A program made the position numbers and the translations under genes. The notes under the pieces were generated by a model. The model saw only the letters and a list, made by a program, of their open reading frames with translations, did not search any database and had not been told where the DNA came from. This document shows positions 19,226-28,336 of a DNA stretch of 32,000 nt, piece by piece. Position 1 is the first letter of the stretch; each line of letters starts with the position of its first letter. The DNA lies in assembly GCF_047159375.1 (NCBI RefSeq), contig NZ_AP031381.1, positions 120,001 through 152,000 of the forward strand. The letters are read 5' to 3'. Source of the DNA: Enterobacterales bacterium endosymbiont of Anomoneura mori. Its GTDB lineage: Bacteria > Pseudomonadota > Gammaproteobacteria > Enterobacterales > Enterobacteriaceae_A.

Positions 19226-19918
19226 TTAAATATTATTTTTAATAATTGATTTCATTTTTTTTAAAGCTTTTTTTAAACCTATAAAAAAACTTTTATTAAT
19301 AATTGAATATCCAATAATAATTTCATTTATTTGTTTAATTTTTATAATTTGCTTAATATTTTTATAATTTATTCCATTTCCTAAAATTATTTTTAAATCT
19401 TTTTTTTTACTATATATTGATGTTTTTTTAAGTTTATTAAAATTATATTTTTTTTCATATATATTTTTAGATACTGAATATGTATTAGTATTTATTTCTA
19501 CACATTTTATTCCAATATTAACAGCTGTATCAACTTGATATAAATTAGGTTCTATTAATAAAGAAACATTAATATTATTATTTTTAATTAAATTAACTGC
19601 TAAAGAAATTTCATTTATTTTTTTTTTAATTGATTTATTTAAAATTAAACAACAATATTTAGGTTTTAAGTATAAAATAATATCTAATATTTTATCATCA
19701 ATATTAATTTTAATTCTAATATTTATTTTAATTATTTTTTTTAAAAATTTAATATATTCTATATTTATTATTTCATAATAATTTAATAAATTTATTGTTA
19801 TACTATCAATACCTGATTGCTTTAAAATAAATATTAATTTTATTAAATCATTAAAAAAATTTTTTTTTTTTTTTTTTAAATGAATAAAATAATTAATATC
19901 AAAATTAATTAATATCAT
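19226..19918 (-). CDS. pdxJ: PdxJ-like (pyridoxine 5'-phosphate synthase homolog), intact ORF with divergent active-site positions
   Basis: 230-aa ORF in the E. coli-type position downstream of era. Scaffold matches to E. coli PdxJ are INFD (VNID), GIDSITINL (GADGITVHL), KPKYCCLI (KPHFCCLV), INVSLLIE (IQVSLFID), VEINT (IEIHT), LGNGINY (AGHGLTY) and EIIIGYSII (ELNIGHAII). Most His/Arg/Glu positions are replaced (see finding). Confidence 0.75.
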   Translation of the reverse strand: MILINFDINYFIHLKKKKKNFFNDLIKLIFILKQSGIDSITINLLNYYEIINIEYIKFLKKIIKINIRIKINIDDKILDIILYLKPKYCCLILNKSIKKKINEISLAVNLIKNNNINVSLLIEPNLYQVDTAVNIGIKCVEINTNTYSVSKNIYEKKYNFNKLKKTSIYSKKKDLKIILGNGINYKNIKQIIKIKQINEIIIGYSIINKSFFIGLKKALKKMKSIIKNNI

Positions 19919-19979
19919 AAATTACCTTAATTAATTATAAAAAATATATTTTTAAATTATTTATTTTATAAATAAATAA

Positions 19980-20813
19980 TTATTCAACAATAACTTTTAA
20001 AAATAAATTAATTTTTTTTTTAATTTTTTTTTCAATTTCTAATCTTGAAATTGTACCAATTGTTTTAATTTTATTACCATTTTTCCCAATTATTATTTTT
20101 TTTTGACTTTTTTTATTAACTAATATTAATACAAAAAAATTATATTTATTATTAATAAATGTAATATTTTCAATTTTTATTTTAGTACAATATGGTAATT
20201 CTTGACCTAAATATCTTATTATTTTTTCACGAATAATCTCAATAATATTATAATTATTTATATAATTAAAATTATTATTAATATTACTGTTATTATTATT
20301 TTTATTATTATTATTTAATATTTTAAATATTGTATTTTTTATAATATTTAAATTAATATTATATTTTGCTGAAATAGGAATTAATTCAAAAAAATTAATT
20401 TTTTTTTTTAAATAATTAATAAAAGGTAATAAAAAAATTTTATTTTTAATAATATCTATTTTATTTATTACTAATATAATTAAAGAATTTATACTTTTTA
20501 ATTTTTTAATTATTTTTTTATCATCATTTTTTAATATAGTTCCTTCAATTATATAAATTATTATATCTAAATCATATAAATTATTATTAATTTTAATATT
20601 TAAAAAATTATTATATAAAGAATAACCTGGATTATCAATATAAATAATTTGATAATTATTTTTTTTATAAATTCCTAAAATATTGTTTATTGTTGTATTT
20701 TTTTTTTTTGATGTTATAGAAATTTTTTTATTAATTAATTTATTTAATAAAGTAGATTTACCAACGTTTGTTCTACCAATAATTGATACAAAATAATTTA
20801 TATTTTCTTTCAT
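19980..20813 (-). CDS. era: GTPase Era
   Basis: 277-aa ORF. G1 is GRTNVGKSTLLNKL, G3 is DNPG and G4 is NKID. The KH-domain region is EIIREKIIRYLGQELPY...IIGKNGNKIKTIG. It is shorter at the C-terminus than E. coli Era. Confidence 0.94.
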   Translation of the reverse strand: MKENINYFVSIIGRTNVGKSTLLNKLINKKISITSKKKNTTINNILGIYKKNNYQIIYIDNPGYSLYNNFLNIKINNNLYDLDIIIYIIEGTILKNDDKKIIKKLKSINSLIILVINKIDIIKNKIFLLPFINYLKKKINFFELIPISAKYNINLNIIKNTIFKILNNNNKNNNNSNINNNFNYINNYNIIEIIREKIIRYLGQELPYCTKIKIENITFINNKYNFFVLILVNKKSQKKIIIGKNGNKIKTIGTISRLEIEKKIKKKINLFLKVIVE

Positions 20814-21482
20814 TTATTTTTCCATTTGTTGAATTATTTTTTTTGCAACATTTTGTTCAGCATCATTACGATTTTTACCAATTCCAAAAAAAAGTTTTCT
20901 AAAACAATTTAATTTACAATTAATAATAATTTTTTGTATAAATAATTTTTTTTTTTTTTTAATTAAATAATTAGGTTTTTTAATATATTTTTTTTGTAAA
21001 ATTTCTTGTAAAAATGTTTTATAGTCTTTATTATTTATTAAAAAAATTTTTTTAATTTTTTTATTATATAAATTAAATATTATTTTTTCTATTGTGTTAA
21101 TATTACTATCTAAAAATATACTTCCTAAAATAGCTTCAAATGTATTAGATAATATTTTTATATTAATATTATTATTATTAAATATATTTTTATTTATTTT
21201 AATATATTTATATAAATTTAATTTAATAGATATTTTAAATAAAGTTTTAGAATTTATTAAATCAGATTTAATTTTACTAATTTCTCCATCATTTATTAAT
21301 GGAAATTTTTTATATAAAATATTAGAAATTATAAAATTTAAAATTGAATCTCCTAAAAATTCAAGTCGTTCATTATGTTTTTTACTAATACTTTTATGTG
21401 TTAATGCTAAAAATAAAAAATTTATATTTTTAAAATAATAACCTAATTTTTTTTGTATTTTATTAATTATTAATTTATTCAT
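20814..21482 (-). CDS. rnc: ribonuclease III
   Basis: 222-aa ORF. It has LQKKLGYYFKN...L..ALTHKS, the RNase III signature NERLEFLGDSILNF, a second acidic block FEAILGSIFLDS, and a dsRBD-like C-terminus. It abuts era with no gap. Confidence 0.95.
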   Translation of the reverse strand: MNKLIINKIQKKLGYYFKNINFLFLALTHKSISKKHNERLEFLGDSILNFIISNILYKKFPLINDGEISKIKSDLINSKTLFKISIKLNLYKYIKINKNIFNNNNINIKILSNTFEAILGSIFLDSNINTIEKIIFNLYNKKIKKIFLINNKDYKTFLQEILQKKYIKKPNYLIKKKKKLFIQKIIINCKLNCFRKLFFGIGKNRNDAEQNVAKKIIQQMEK

Positions 21483-21555
21483 TTATTATAAATAATTTTT
21501 AAATATTTAATTTATAAAAAAATAATAGTTTTTATTTAAAATAAAATATTTTTTA

Positions 21556-23340
21556 TTAATTTTTTAATAAAACTAAAAAAAATTCTTTAGGTAAAAAAAT
21601 ATTTCCAATTTTTTTCATTTTTTTTTTACCATCTTTTTGTTTTTGTAATAATTTTTTTTTACGAGTAATATCTCCACCATAACATTTAGAAATTACATTT
21701 TTTCTAAGTTGTTTAATTTTATAACTAGAAATAATATTCGATTCAACTAAAACTTGAATTGAAATATTAAATTGTTGTCTAGGAATTAAATTTTTTATTT
21801 TTTCAATTATTTTTTTACAAAATATATTAGTTTTTTTTTTATGTATTATCCATGATATTGCATCAATTTTTTTATTATTTAATAATATATCAACACGTAC
21901 CATATCAGAAATTTTAAAATATTTAAAATTATAATTTAAAGATGAATAACCATTTGAAATAGTTTTTAATTTATCAAAAAAATCAATTATAATTTCAGAC
22001 ATTGGAATTTCATAAATTAAAGAAATTTGATCATTAAAATATTTAATATCAATTTGAATACCTCTTTTTTCAATACATAATTTTATAATTTTTCCTAAAT
22101 ATTTTTTTGGAGTTAATATATTACATTTTGCAATTGGTTCTCTTAATTCTTTAATTTTATTTTTATTAGGTAATTTATTTGGATTATCAATATAAATTAT
22201 TTTATTTTTATTAGTTAATATTTCATAAATTACACTAGGATTAGTGATAATTAAATTTAAATTATATTCACGTTCTAAACGTTCTTTAATAATTTCCATA
22301 TGTAATAAACCTAAAAAACCACATCTAAAACCATAACCAAATGTTAAAGAATTTTCAGATTCATAAAATAAAGAATTATCATTTAATTTTAATTTTTCTA
22401 AAGCTTTTTTAAATAATTTATATTGATTAGAATTAATTGGAAATAAACCTGCATAAACTTTAGGTTTTATTATTTTAAATTTTGGTAAATATTTTTTAGC
22501 TGGATTTAAAAAAGAAGTTATAGTATATCCAACTTTAACATCATTTATATTTTTAATTGAATAAGTTATCCATCCTACTTCCCCACAAGTTAAAATATTA
22601 CAATTTTTTTTTTTTGGTGTAAAAATACCTAATTGTTCTATATTATAAATATTTTTAGAATTCATTAATTTAATTTTATCACCTAATTTTAAAATACCAT
22701 TTTTAATACAAATAATAGAAACTATTCCTAAAAAATTATCAAACCATAAATCAATAATAATAGCTTGTAATAAATTTTTTGAATCACCTTTAGGTTCTGA
22801 AATATCAGATATAATACGTTCTAATATATTTATTACTCCTAAACCTGTTTTAGAAGAACAACAAACTATTTTATTTTTATTAATACCTAAAATATTTTTT
22901 ACTTCTTTTGAAACTTTATTAATATTTGATGTAGGTAAATCAATTTTATTTAATACTATTATTATATCTAAATTCATCTTAATTGCTTTATTATAATTTG
23001 CTAAAGTTTGAGCTTCTATACCTTGTGTAGAATCAATTAATAATAATACTCCTTCACATGCTGATAAAGATCTTTCAACTTCATAAGAAAAATCAACATG
23101 CCCAGGAGTATCAATTAAATTAATTTTATAAATTAAACCATTTTTTGCTTTATATTTTAAATTAACACATTGTGCTTTAATTGTAATACCTTTTTCTTTT
23201 TCTAATTCCATAGAATCTAATATTTGATTTTTCATTTCCCTTTTTTTTAAACCACCACAAATTTGTATTATACGATCAGATAAAGTAGATTTACCATGAT
23301 CTATATGAGCTACAATAGAAAAATTTCTTATATTTTTCAT
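21556..23340 (-). CDS. lepA: elongation factor 4 (LepA)
   Basis: The track ORF starts at 23415, but the alignment to E. coli LepA begins at the internal ATG 23340-23338 ([30 protein letters not shown]). Other matches are [40 protein letters not shown] and [33 protein letters not shown]. Confidence 0.96.
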   Translation of the reverse strand: MKNIRNFSIVAHIDHGKSTLSDRIIQICGGLKKREMKNQILDSMELEKEKGITIKAQCVNLKYKAKNGLIYKINLIDTPGHVDFSYEVERSLSACEGVLLLIDSTQGIEAQTLANYNKAIKMNLDIIIVLNKIDLPTSNINKVSKEVKNILGINKNKIVCCSSKTGLGVINILERIISDISEPKGDSKNLLQAIIIDLWFDNFLGIVSIICIKNGILKLGDKIKLMNSKNIYNIEQLGIFTPKKKNCNILTCGEVGWITYSIKNINDVKVGYTITSFLNPAKKYLPKFKIIKPKVYAGLFPINSNQYKLFKKALEKLKLNDNSLFYESENSLTFGYGFRCGFLGLLHMEIIKERLEREYNLNLIITNPSVIYEILTNKNKIIYIDNPNKLPNKNKIKELREPIAKCNILTPKKYLGKIIKLCIEKRGIQIDIKYFNDQISLIYEIPMSEIIIDFFDKLKTISNGYSSLNYNFKYFKISDMVRVDILLNNKKIDAISWIIHKKKTNIFCKKIIEKIKNLIPRQQFNISIQVLVESNIISSYKIKQLRKNVISKCYGGDITRKKKLLQKQKDGKKKMKKIGNIFLPKEFFLVLLKN

Positions 23341-23481
23341 TATAAATTTTACCTTAATTATAAAAAAATATATTTTTTTATAATTAATTTTTAAAATTTT
23401 TAAATAATTAATCATTAATAAATTTAATTATTAATTATTATTTATTATTCTATAAATTTTATTTAATTTAAAAAATAAAAT

Positions 23482-23554
23482 TGGCCCTTACTGGATTTGA
23501 ACCAGTGACCAAACGATTATGAGTCGTTTGCTCTTACCACTGAGCTAAAGGGCC
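23482..23554 (-). tRNA. ileX: tRNA with CAT anticodon; resembles enterobacterial tRNA-Ile2 (ileX, lysidine-dependent) more than tRNA-Met
   Basis: The minus strand reads GGCCCTT-TA-GCTC-AGTGGTAA-GAGC-A-AACGA-CTCATAA-TCGTT-TGGTC-ACTGG-TTCAAAT-CCAGT-AAGGGCC-A. This is a perfect 73-nt cloverleaf with anticodon CAT and no encoded CCA. It is near-collinear with my recollection of E. coli ileX (GGCCCCUUAGCUCAGUGGUUAGAGCAGGCGACUCAUAAUCGCUUGGUC...). Confidence 0.9.
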
Positions 23555-23627
23555 AAAAATATTTTAATAATTATTATATTATATTAAATTTTATTAAAAA
23601 TCAAAAAAATACTTAAATATTAAAATA

Positions 23628-26408
23628 TTAAATAAATTTACGATTTTCTCCTAAACCAAATAAATTAATAATACAACGATTACAAATTCCTATATATTTA
23701 GATATTTTACTAATATTATTAGTATAATGCCAACAACGATTGCATTTTTTTTCTTTAGAAATATTAATAAATATTTTAAAATTATTAATTTTATTAATTT
23801 TATCTAAAATAAATAATTTAATATTTGATATAATAAATAAATAATTTAATTCATTTTTAAATTTTTTTAAATATTTTATTAATTTATTATTAGCATAAAT
23901 TTCAATATTTGCTTCTAATGTACTACCAATTTTTTTTTTAATTCTTAAATTTTCAATTTTTTTATTAATTTTATTTTTAATTTTAATTATTTCATTCCAA
24001 AATTTATCATCTAAAATTTTAGATTTATATATTATTAGTTTATTATACCATTCTTCAGTAAAAATAAATTTTGATCTTTTTCCTGGTAAATAATTCCATA
24101 TTTCATTTGATGTAAATGATAATATAGGTGATATCCAACGTACTAATGATTCTATAATATGATACATTGCTGTTTGGCAACTTTTACGAGAAATACTGTT
24201 TTTTTTATTAGTATATTGACGATCTTTTATTATATCAAAATAAAAAGCACCCATTTTAACTGAACAAAAATTTATTAAATATTTAACTACTTTATTAAAA
24301 TTATATTGATTATAAGCTTTTTTAATTTTTTTTTGAATTTTAATAGTATAATTTAATGCCCATAAATCTAAAATAAGCATTTTTTCAAATTTTAAAGAAT
24401 CTTTATTTGGATTAAAATCATTTAAATTTGATAATAAAAATCTAATAGTATTTCTTATTTTTTTATAAATTTTTGAAGAATTTTGTAAAGAAATATCAGA
24501 AACTATAATTTCATTTGTATAATCAGTATATGCAACCCACAATCTCAATACATCACAACTAAATTTTTTAATTATATTTAAAGGATTAATTATATTACCA
24601 ATAGATTTAGACATTTTTTGTTTTTTATTATCAACAGTAAAACCATGTACTAAAACTTCTTTATATGGTGCAATACCTTTTATTATATTTGAAGTAATTA
24701 TTGATGACATAAACCATCCACGATATTGGTCAGATCCTTCTACATATAAATCAATATTATTATTTTTAAATTCTTTTCTTTTATTAATTACAGTATAATA
24801 AGTTGTTCCAGAATCAAACCAAACATCTAAAACATCATTAATTTTAAAATAGTTTCTACTATCATTTCCAAGAATTAATTTTTTATCTAAATCCCACCAT
24901 GCTTGTATTCCTTTTTTTTTAATTATTTCTACTATATTATCAATTATTTTATTATTTAATGGATGAATTTTAAAAGTTTTTTTATTTACAAATAATGTCA
25001 TTGGAACTCCCCAAATACGTTGTCTAGAAATACACCAATCTGGTCTTGTTTTTATCATATTTTCAATATGAGTTTTTCCCCAATTTGGTAACCATTTAAC
25101 TTGATTTATATTTTTTAATATATTATTACGTATTGTTTTATTTAATTTTATAAACCATTGTTTAGTAATTCTATAAATAACCTTTGTTTTATGACGCCAA
25201 CAATAAGGATATTTATGAAAAATTTTTTGTTCAAATAAAAATTTTTTTTTATTTTTTAATATTTTTAATAATATTTTATCAACATCAAAAATGAATTTTT
25301 TATCTAATAAAGAATGTGTTCCTAAAATATAGTAACCTTTTTTATTAATTTGAGTTGATAAATCTAATGAATATTTTTTACCAATTATATAATCTTCTAA
25401 TCCATGACTAGGAGCTATATGAACAATACCACTACCAGTATTTAAATCAATATGATTACTTAAAATTATTGGTATATTATAATTCATAAATGGATGTTTT
25501 AAATAATATGATTGTAATTCAATTCCTTTAAATTCACTTAAAATTTTAAAATTTTTAATATTTAATAAATTTATTATTGAATTAACTGTATTTTTAGATA
25601 AAATTAAATATTTATTTAAAATTTTAATAATTTGATAAATTCCATCTGGGTGTATAGCAATAGCTTTATTTGATGCTAATGTCCAAGGAGTTGTAGTCCA
25701 AATAATTAAAGAAATTTTTTTTTCAATTTTAATATTAAATTTATTTAAAATTTCATTATTTTTTAAAAAATTAAATAATACATAAATTCCTAAAGTTTTT
25801 TTATTATGATATTCTATTTCTGCATCTGATAAAGAAGATTGACAATTAATACACCAATAAATTGGTTTTTTACCATTTTTTAAATATCCTGAATTAATAA
25901 TTTTTTTAAAAGCAAGTATTATATTTGCTTCTATATTAAAATCCATTGTTAAATAAGGATTTTCCCAATCTGCTAAAATTCCTAAACGAATAAAAGTTTT
26001 TTTTTGATTTGAAATTTGTTTATTAACATAAATACGACATTTATCTCTAAATTCAGAATTTGATAATTTTTTTTTTTTATAAATTTCTTCTACTTTTAAT
26101 TCAATTGGTAAACCATGACAATCCCAACCAGGTACAAAAGGTGCATCAAATCCTTCTAATCCTTTTGATTTTATTATTATATCTTTAATAATTTTATTTA
26201 CTGCATGTCCAATATGTATATTACCATTTGCATATAATGGACCATCATGTAAAATAAAAGTTTTTTTTTTTTTTTTAGATTCACGTATTTTTTTATATAT
26301 TTTTTGTAAACTCCAATATGATATAATATTTAATTCTTGATTAATAAAATTATTTTTTATAGGAAAATTAGTTTTTGGTAAATTTAAAGTATTTTTATAA
26401 TTTTTCAT
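23628..26408 (-). CDS. ileS: isoleucyl-tRNA synthetase
   Basis: A ~926-aa ORF. HIGH is PLYANGNIHIGHAVNK and KMSKS is KQKMSKSIGN. The C-terminal Zn motifs are CNRCWHY...CNRC. The track start at 26420 is a TTG. The ATG at 26408-26406 gives MKNYKNTLNLPKT, which aligns to E. coli MSDYKSTLNLPET. Confidence 0.96.
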   Translation of the reverse strand: MKNYKNTLNLPKTNFPIKNNFINQELNIISYWSLQKIYKKIRESKKKKKTFILHDGPLYANGNIHIGHAVNKIIKDIIIKSKGLEGFDAPFVPGWDCHGLPIELKVEEIYKKKKLSNSEFRDKCRIYVNKQISNQKKTFIRLGILADWENPYLTMDFNIEANIILAFKKIINSGYLKNGKKPIYWCINCQSSLSDAEIEYHNKKTLGIYVLFNFLKNNEILNKFNIKIEKKISLIIWTTTPWTLASNKAIAIHPDGIYQIIKILNKYLILSKNTVNSIINLLNIKNFKILSEFKGIELQSYYLKHPFMNYNIPIILSNHIDLNTGSGIVHIAPSHGLEDYIIGKKYSLDLSTQINKKGYYILGTHSLLDKKFIFDVDKILLKILKNKKKFLFEQKIFHKYPYCWRHKTKVIYRITKQWFIKLNKTIRNNILKNINQVKWLPNWGKTHIENMIKTRPDWCISRQRIWGVPMTLFVNKKTFKIHPLNNKIIDNIVEIIKKKGIQAWWDLDKKLILGNDSRNYFKINDVLDVWFDSGTTYYTVINKRKEFKNNNIDLYVEGSDQYRGWFMSSIITSNIIKGIAPYKEVLVHGFTVDNKKQKMSKSIGNIINPLNIIKKFSCDVLRLWVAYTDYTNEIIVSDISLQNSSKIYKKIRNTIRFLLSNLNDFNPNKDSLKFEKMLILDLWALNYTIKIQKKIKKAYNQYNFNKVVKYLINFCSVKMGAFYFDIIKDRQYTNKKNSISRKSCQTAMYHIIESLVRWISPILSFTSNEIWNYLPGKRSKFIFTEEWYNKLIIYKSKILDDKFWNEIIKIKNKINKKIENLRIKKKIGSTLEANIEIYANNKLIKYLKKFKNELNYLFIISNIKLFILDKINKINNFKIFINISKEKKCNRCWHYTNNISKISKYIGICNRCIINLFGLGENRKFI

Positions 26409-26498
26409 AAAATATTCCAATTTTTAAATATTTTAAAATTTTTTTATTTAATATTTTAAAAATATTAAATATAATAAATTATAAAAAATATTTTTAAA

Positions 26499-26586
26499 AA
26501 GAGGAGGTGGGATTCGAACCCACGAAGGGTTATTAACCCTCGGCGGTTTTCAAGACCGCTGCCATAAACCACTCGACCACTCCTCC
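26499..26586 (-). tRNA. serT: tRNA-Ser (anticodon UGA), class II with long variable arm
   Basis: The minus strand reads GGAGGAG TG GTCGAGTGGTTTATGGCA GCGGT CTTGAAA ACCGC CGAGGGTTAATAACCCTTC GTGGG TTCGAAT CCCAC CTCCTCT. The anticodon loop is CT-TGA-AA, and the long extra arm and T-loop are collinear with E. coli serT. The exact 3' end is uncertain by +/-1 nt (G1-U72 pair). Confidence 0.9.
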
Positions 26587-26628
26587 AAATATTTTTTAAA
26601 TATTTTTAAATATTTTAAAATTTAAATT

Positions 26629-26967
26629 ATGTTAAAGTTTAATAATAATATTATTAAAACAGATATTTATGGTTATATTATTGAAAAAAAAATATGGAAT
26701 GAAATTATTGCAATGTTTATATCTAAAAAAGAAAAAATTTTTTTAACTAAAAAACATTGGGAAATAATTTATTTAATTCGTAAATTTTATAATACTTTAA
26801 ATTATTCACCAAATATTAAAATTATAGTTAAAATATTATATTATAAATATGGTATAAAAAAAGGTAATAGTACATATATATATAAATTATTTTATAAAAA
26901 TCCTGCACAAAAAATTAATAAAATTTCTGGTTTATCAAAACCTTTAAATTGTTTAAATAAATATTAA
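26629..26967 (+). CDS. tusE: TusE/DsrC-family sulfurtransferase (tRNA 2-thiouridine relay)
   Basis: 112-aa ORF. IKTDIYGYIIEKKIWNE, LTKKHWEIIYLIRKFYNTLNYSPNIKIIVK, KKGNSTYIYKLFYKNPAQKINKISGLSKPLNC are collinear with E. coli TusE/YccK ([73 protein letters not shown]). The C-terminal Cys is present. Confidence 0.88.
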   Translation: MLKFNNNIIKTDIYGYIIEKKIWNEIIAMFISKKEKIFLTKKHWEIIYLIRKFYNTLNYSPNIKIIVKILYYKYGIKKGNSTYIYKLFYKNPAQKINKISGLSKPLNCLNKY

Positions 26968-26995
26968 TTTTTATTAAAAAATTAAGGATAAAATT

Positions 26996-27334
26996 ATGAG
27001 ATTTTATGAAATTATTATAATGTTTGATCCAAATGAAAATAATAAAATATTAAAAATGATTAAAAAATATAGTGATTATATTAAAAATAATAAAGGACAA
27101 ATTTATAGAATAGAAAATTGGGGTAAACGTAAACTTTCATATAAAATTAAAAATAATAAAAAAGCTTATTATGTTCTTTTAAATATTGAAATGACAAAAG
27201 AAAAAATTATTGAATTTGAAAAAAAAATAAAATTTGATAGTTTTATTTTAAGAAAATTTATTATACGTACTAAAAAAGCTATAACTAAAAATTCACCAAT
27301 ATTTAAAAATAAAAAAAAAAATATTAAAAAATAA
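26996..27334 (+). CDS. rpsF: 30S ribosomal protein S6
   Basis: 112-aa ORF. MRFYEIIIMFDPN and IYRIENWGKRKLSYKIKNNKKAYYVLLNIE are S6 signature blocks. AAGGA is 8 nt upstream of the ATG. Confidence 0.96.
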   Translation: MRFYEIIIMFDPNENNKILKMIKKYSDYIKNNKGQIYRIENWGKRKLSYKIKNNKKAYYVLLNIEMTKEKIIEFEKKIKFDSFILRKFIIRTKKAITKNSPIFKNKKKNIKK

Positions 27335-27383
27335 ATAATTAAAAAAATAATAAAATATTAAAATTTTTAAAAGGAAATATTTA

Positions 27384-27608
27384 ATGGAATATTTAAAACA
27401 AAAAAAAAATTGTTTTTTTTTAAAAAAAAAAATTAAAGAAATAGATTATAAAGATATAAATTTACTTAAAAATTATATTAATGAAAATGGAAAAATTATA
27501 TCTAGTAAAATTACTGGAGTAAGTGCTAAATTTCAACGTAAATTATCACGTGCAATAAAAATTGCAAGATATTTATCATTTTTCCCTTATACAGATAATC
27601 ATAAATAA
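27384..27608 (+). CDS. rpsR: 30S ribosomal protein S18
   Basis: 74-aa [53 protein letters not shown] is the S18 signature. Confidence 0.96.
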   Translation: MEYLKQKKNCFFLKKKIKEIDYKDINLLKNYINENGKIISSKITGVSAKFQRKLSRAIKIARYLSFFPYTDNHK

Positions 27609-27628
27609 TTTTTATAAAAGAGTTAAAA

Positions 27629-28042
27629 ATGAAAATAATTTTACTTGATAAACTTTTAAAATTTAAAAATATAGGAAATAAAATAAATATAAAATCAGGT
27701 TATGCAAATAATTTTTTAATTCCTAAAGGAATAGCAATAAATTATATTAATAAAAAAAAAACATTTTTAAAAAATATAATTAATAAAAATTTAATTAAAA
27801 ATAAAAAAATAATTAAAATTTATTTTTTTATTGAATGTGATAAAAATGGTAATTTATATAGTACGTTAGGATATAAACAAATAATTAATCTTATTAATTT
27901 TTATAATATAAAAATTGAAAAAAAATTTATTTATATTAAAAAAACAATTAAAAAAATTGGAAATTATATTATAAAAATTAATTTATATAATAATTTATAT
28001 AATAAATTATATTTAAAAATTTTTAAAAAAAATAATAAATAA
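27629..28042 (+). CDS. rplI: 50S ribosomal protein L9
   Basis: 137-aa ORF. MKIILLDKL.KFKNIGNKINIKSGYANNFLIPKGIAI is the L9 N-domain. It is the third gene of the rpsF operon. Confidence 0.93.
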   Translation: MKIILLDKLLKFKNIGNKINIKSGYANNFLIPKGIAINYINKKKTFLKNIINKNLIKNKKIIKIYFFIECDKNGNLYSTLGYKQIINLINFYNIKIEKKFIYIKKTIKKIGNYIIKINLYNNLYNKLYLKIFKKNNK

Positions 28043-28061
28043 TTTTTTTTTAAGGAAATAA

Positions 28062-28319
28062 ATGTTAAAAAAAGAAATTATTATTAATTCTGAAAATGGA
28101 TTACATATTCGTCCTGCTGCAATTTTAGTTAAAACATGTAAAAAATTTAAATCTGAAATTTTTATAGAATATAAAAAAAAAAAAGTAAACGCAAAAAGTC
28201 TTTTTAAAGTTCAAACTTTAGGAGTAATACAAGGTGATAAAATACTTTTATTAATTGAAGGAAAAGATGAATTAGAAGCTTTAGAACAAATAATAAAAAT
28301 AATTAAAAATTTAAAATAA
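28062..28319 (+). CDS. ptsH: phosphocarrier protein HPr
   Basis: 85-aa ORF, the same length as E. coli HPr. The active-site context is NGLHIRPAA (His15), with NAKSLFKVQTLGV (Ser46 region). AAGGA is upstream. Confidence 0.96.
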   Translation: MLKKEIIINSENGLHIRPAAILVKTCKKFKSEIFIEYKKKKVNAKSLFKVQTLGVIQGDKILLLIEGKDELEALEQIIKIIKNLK

Positions 28320-28336
28320 AAAAAACCAAGGTTTTT

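Noticed and set aside
20242-20330. Asn-rich, repeat-looking stretch in era (NNNNKNNNNSNINNNFNYINNYN), considered as an insertion or tandem repeat.
   Set aside because: Its length is about the same as the E. coli Era linker between the GTPase and KH domains. It looks like compositional replacement (AAT/AAC codons) under A+T pressure, not an inserted element.
23341-23415. 25-codon N-terminal extension of the lepA track ORF ([14 protein letters not shown]...).
   Set aside because: The E. coli LepA alignment starts exactly at the internal MKNIRNFS (ATG at 23340). The extension is low-complexity intergenic-like sequence.
26409-26420. ileS start at 26420 as given by the ORF track.
   Set aside because: That codon is TTG. 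The ATG four codons downstream (26408) aligns residue for residue with the E. coli IleRS N-terminus.
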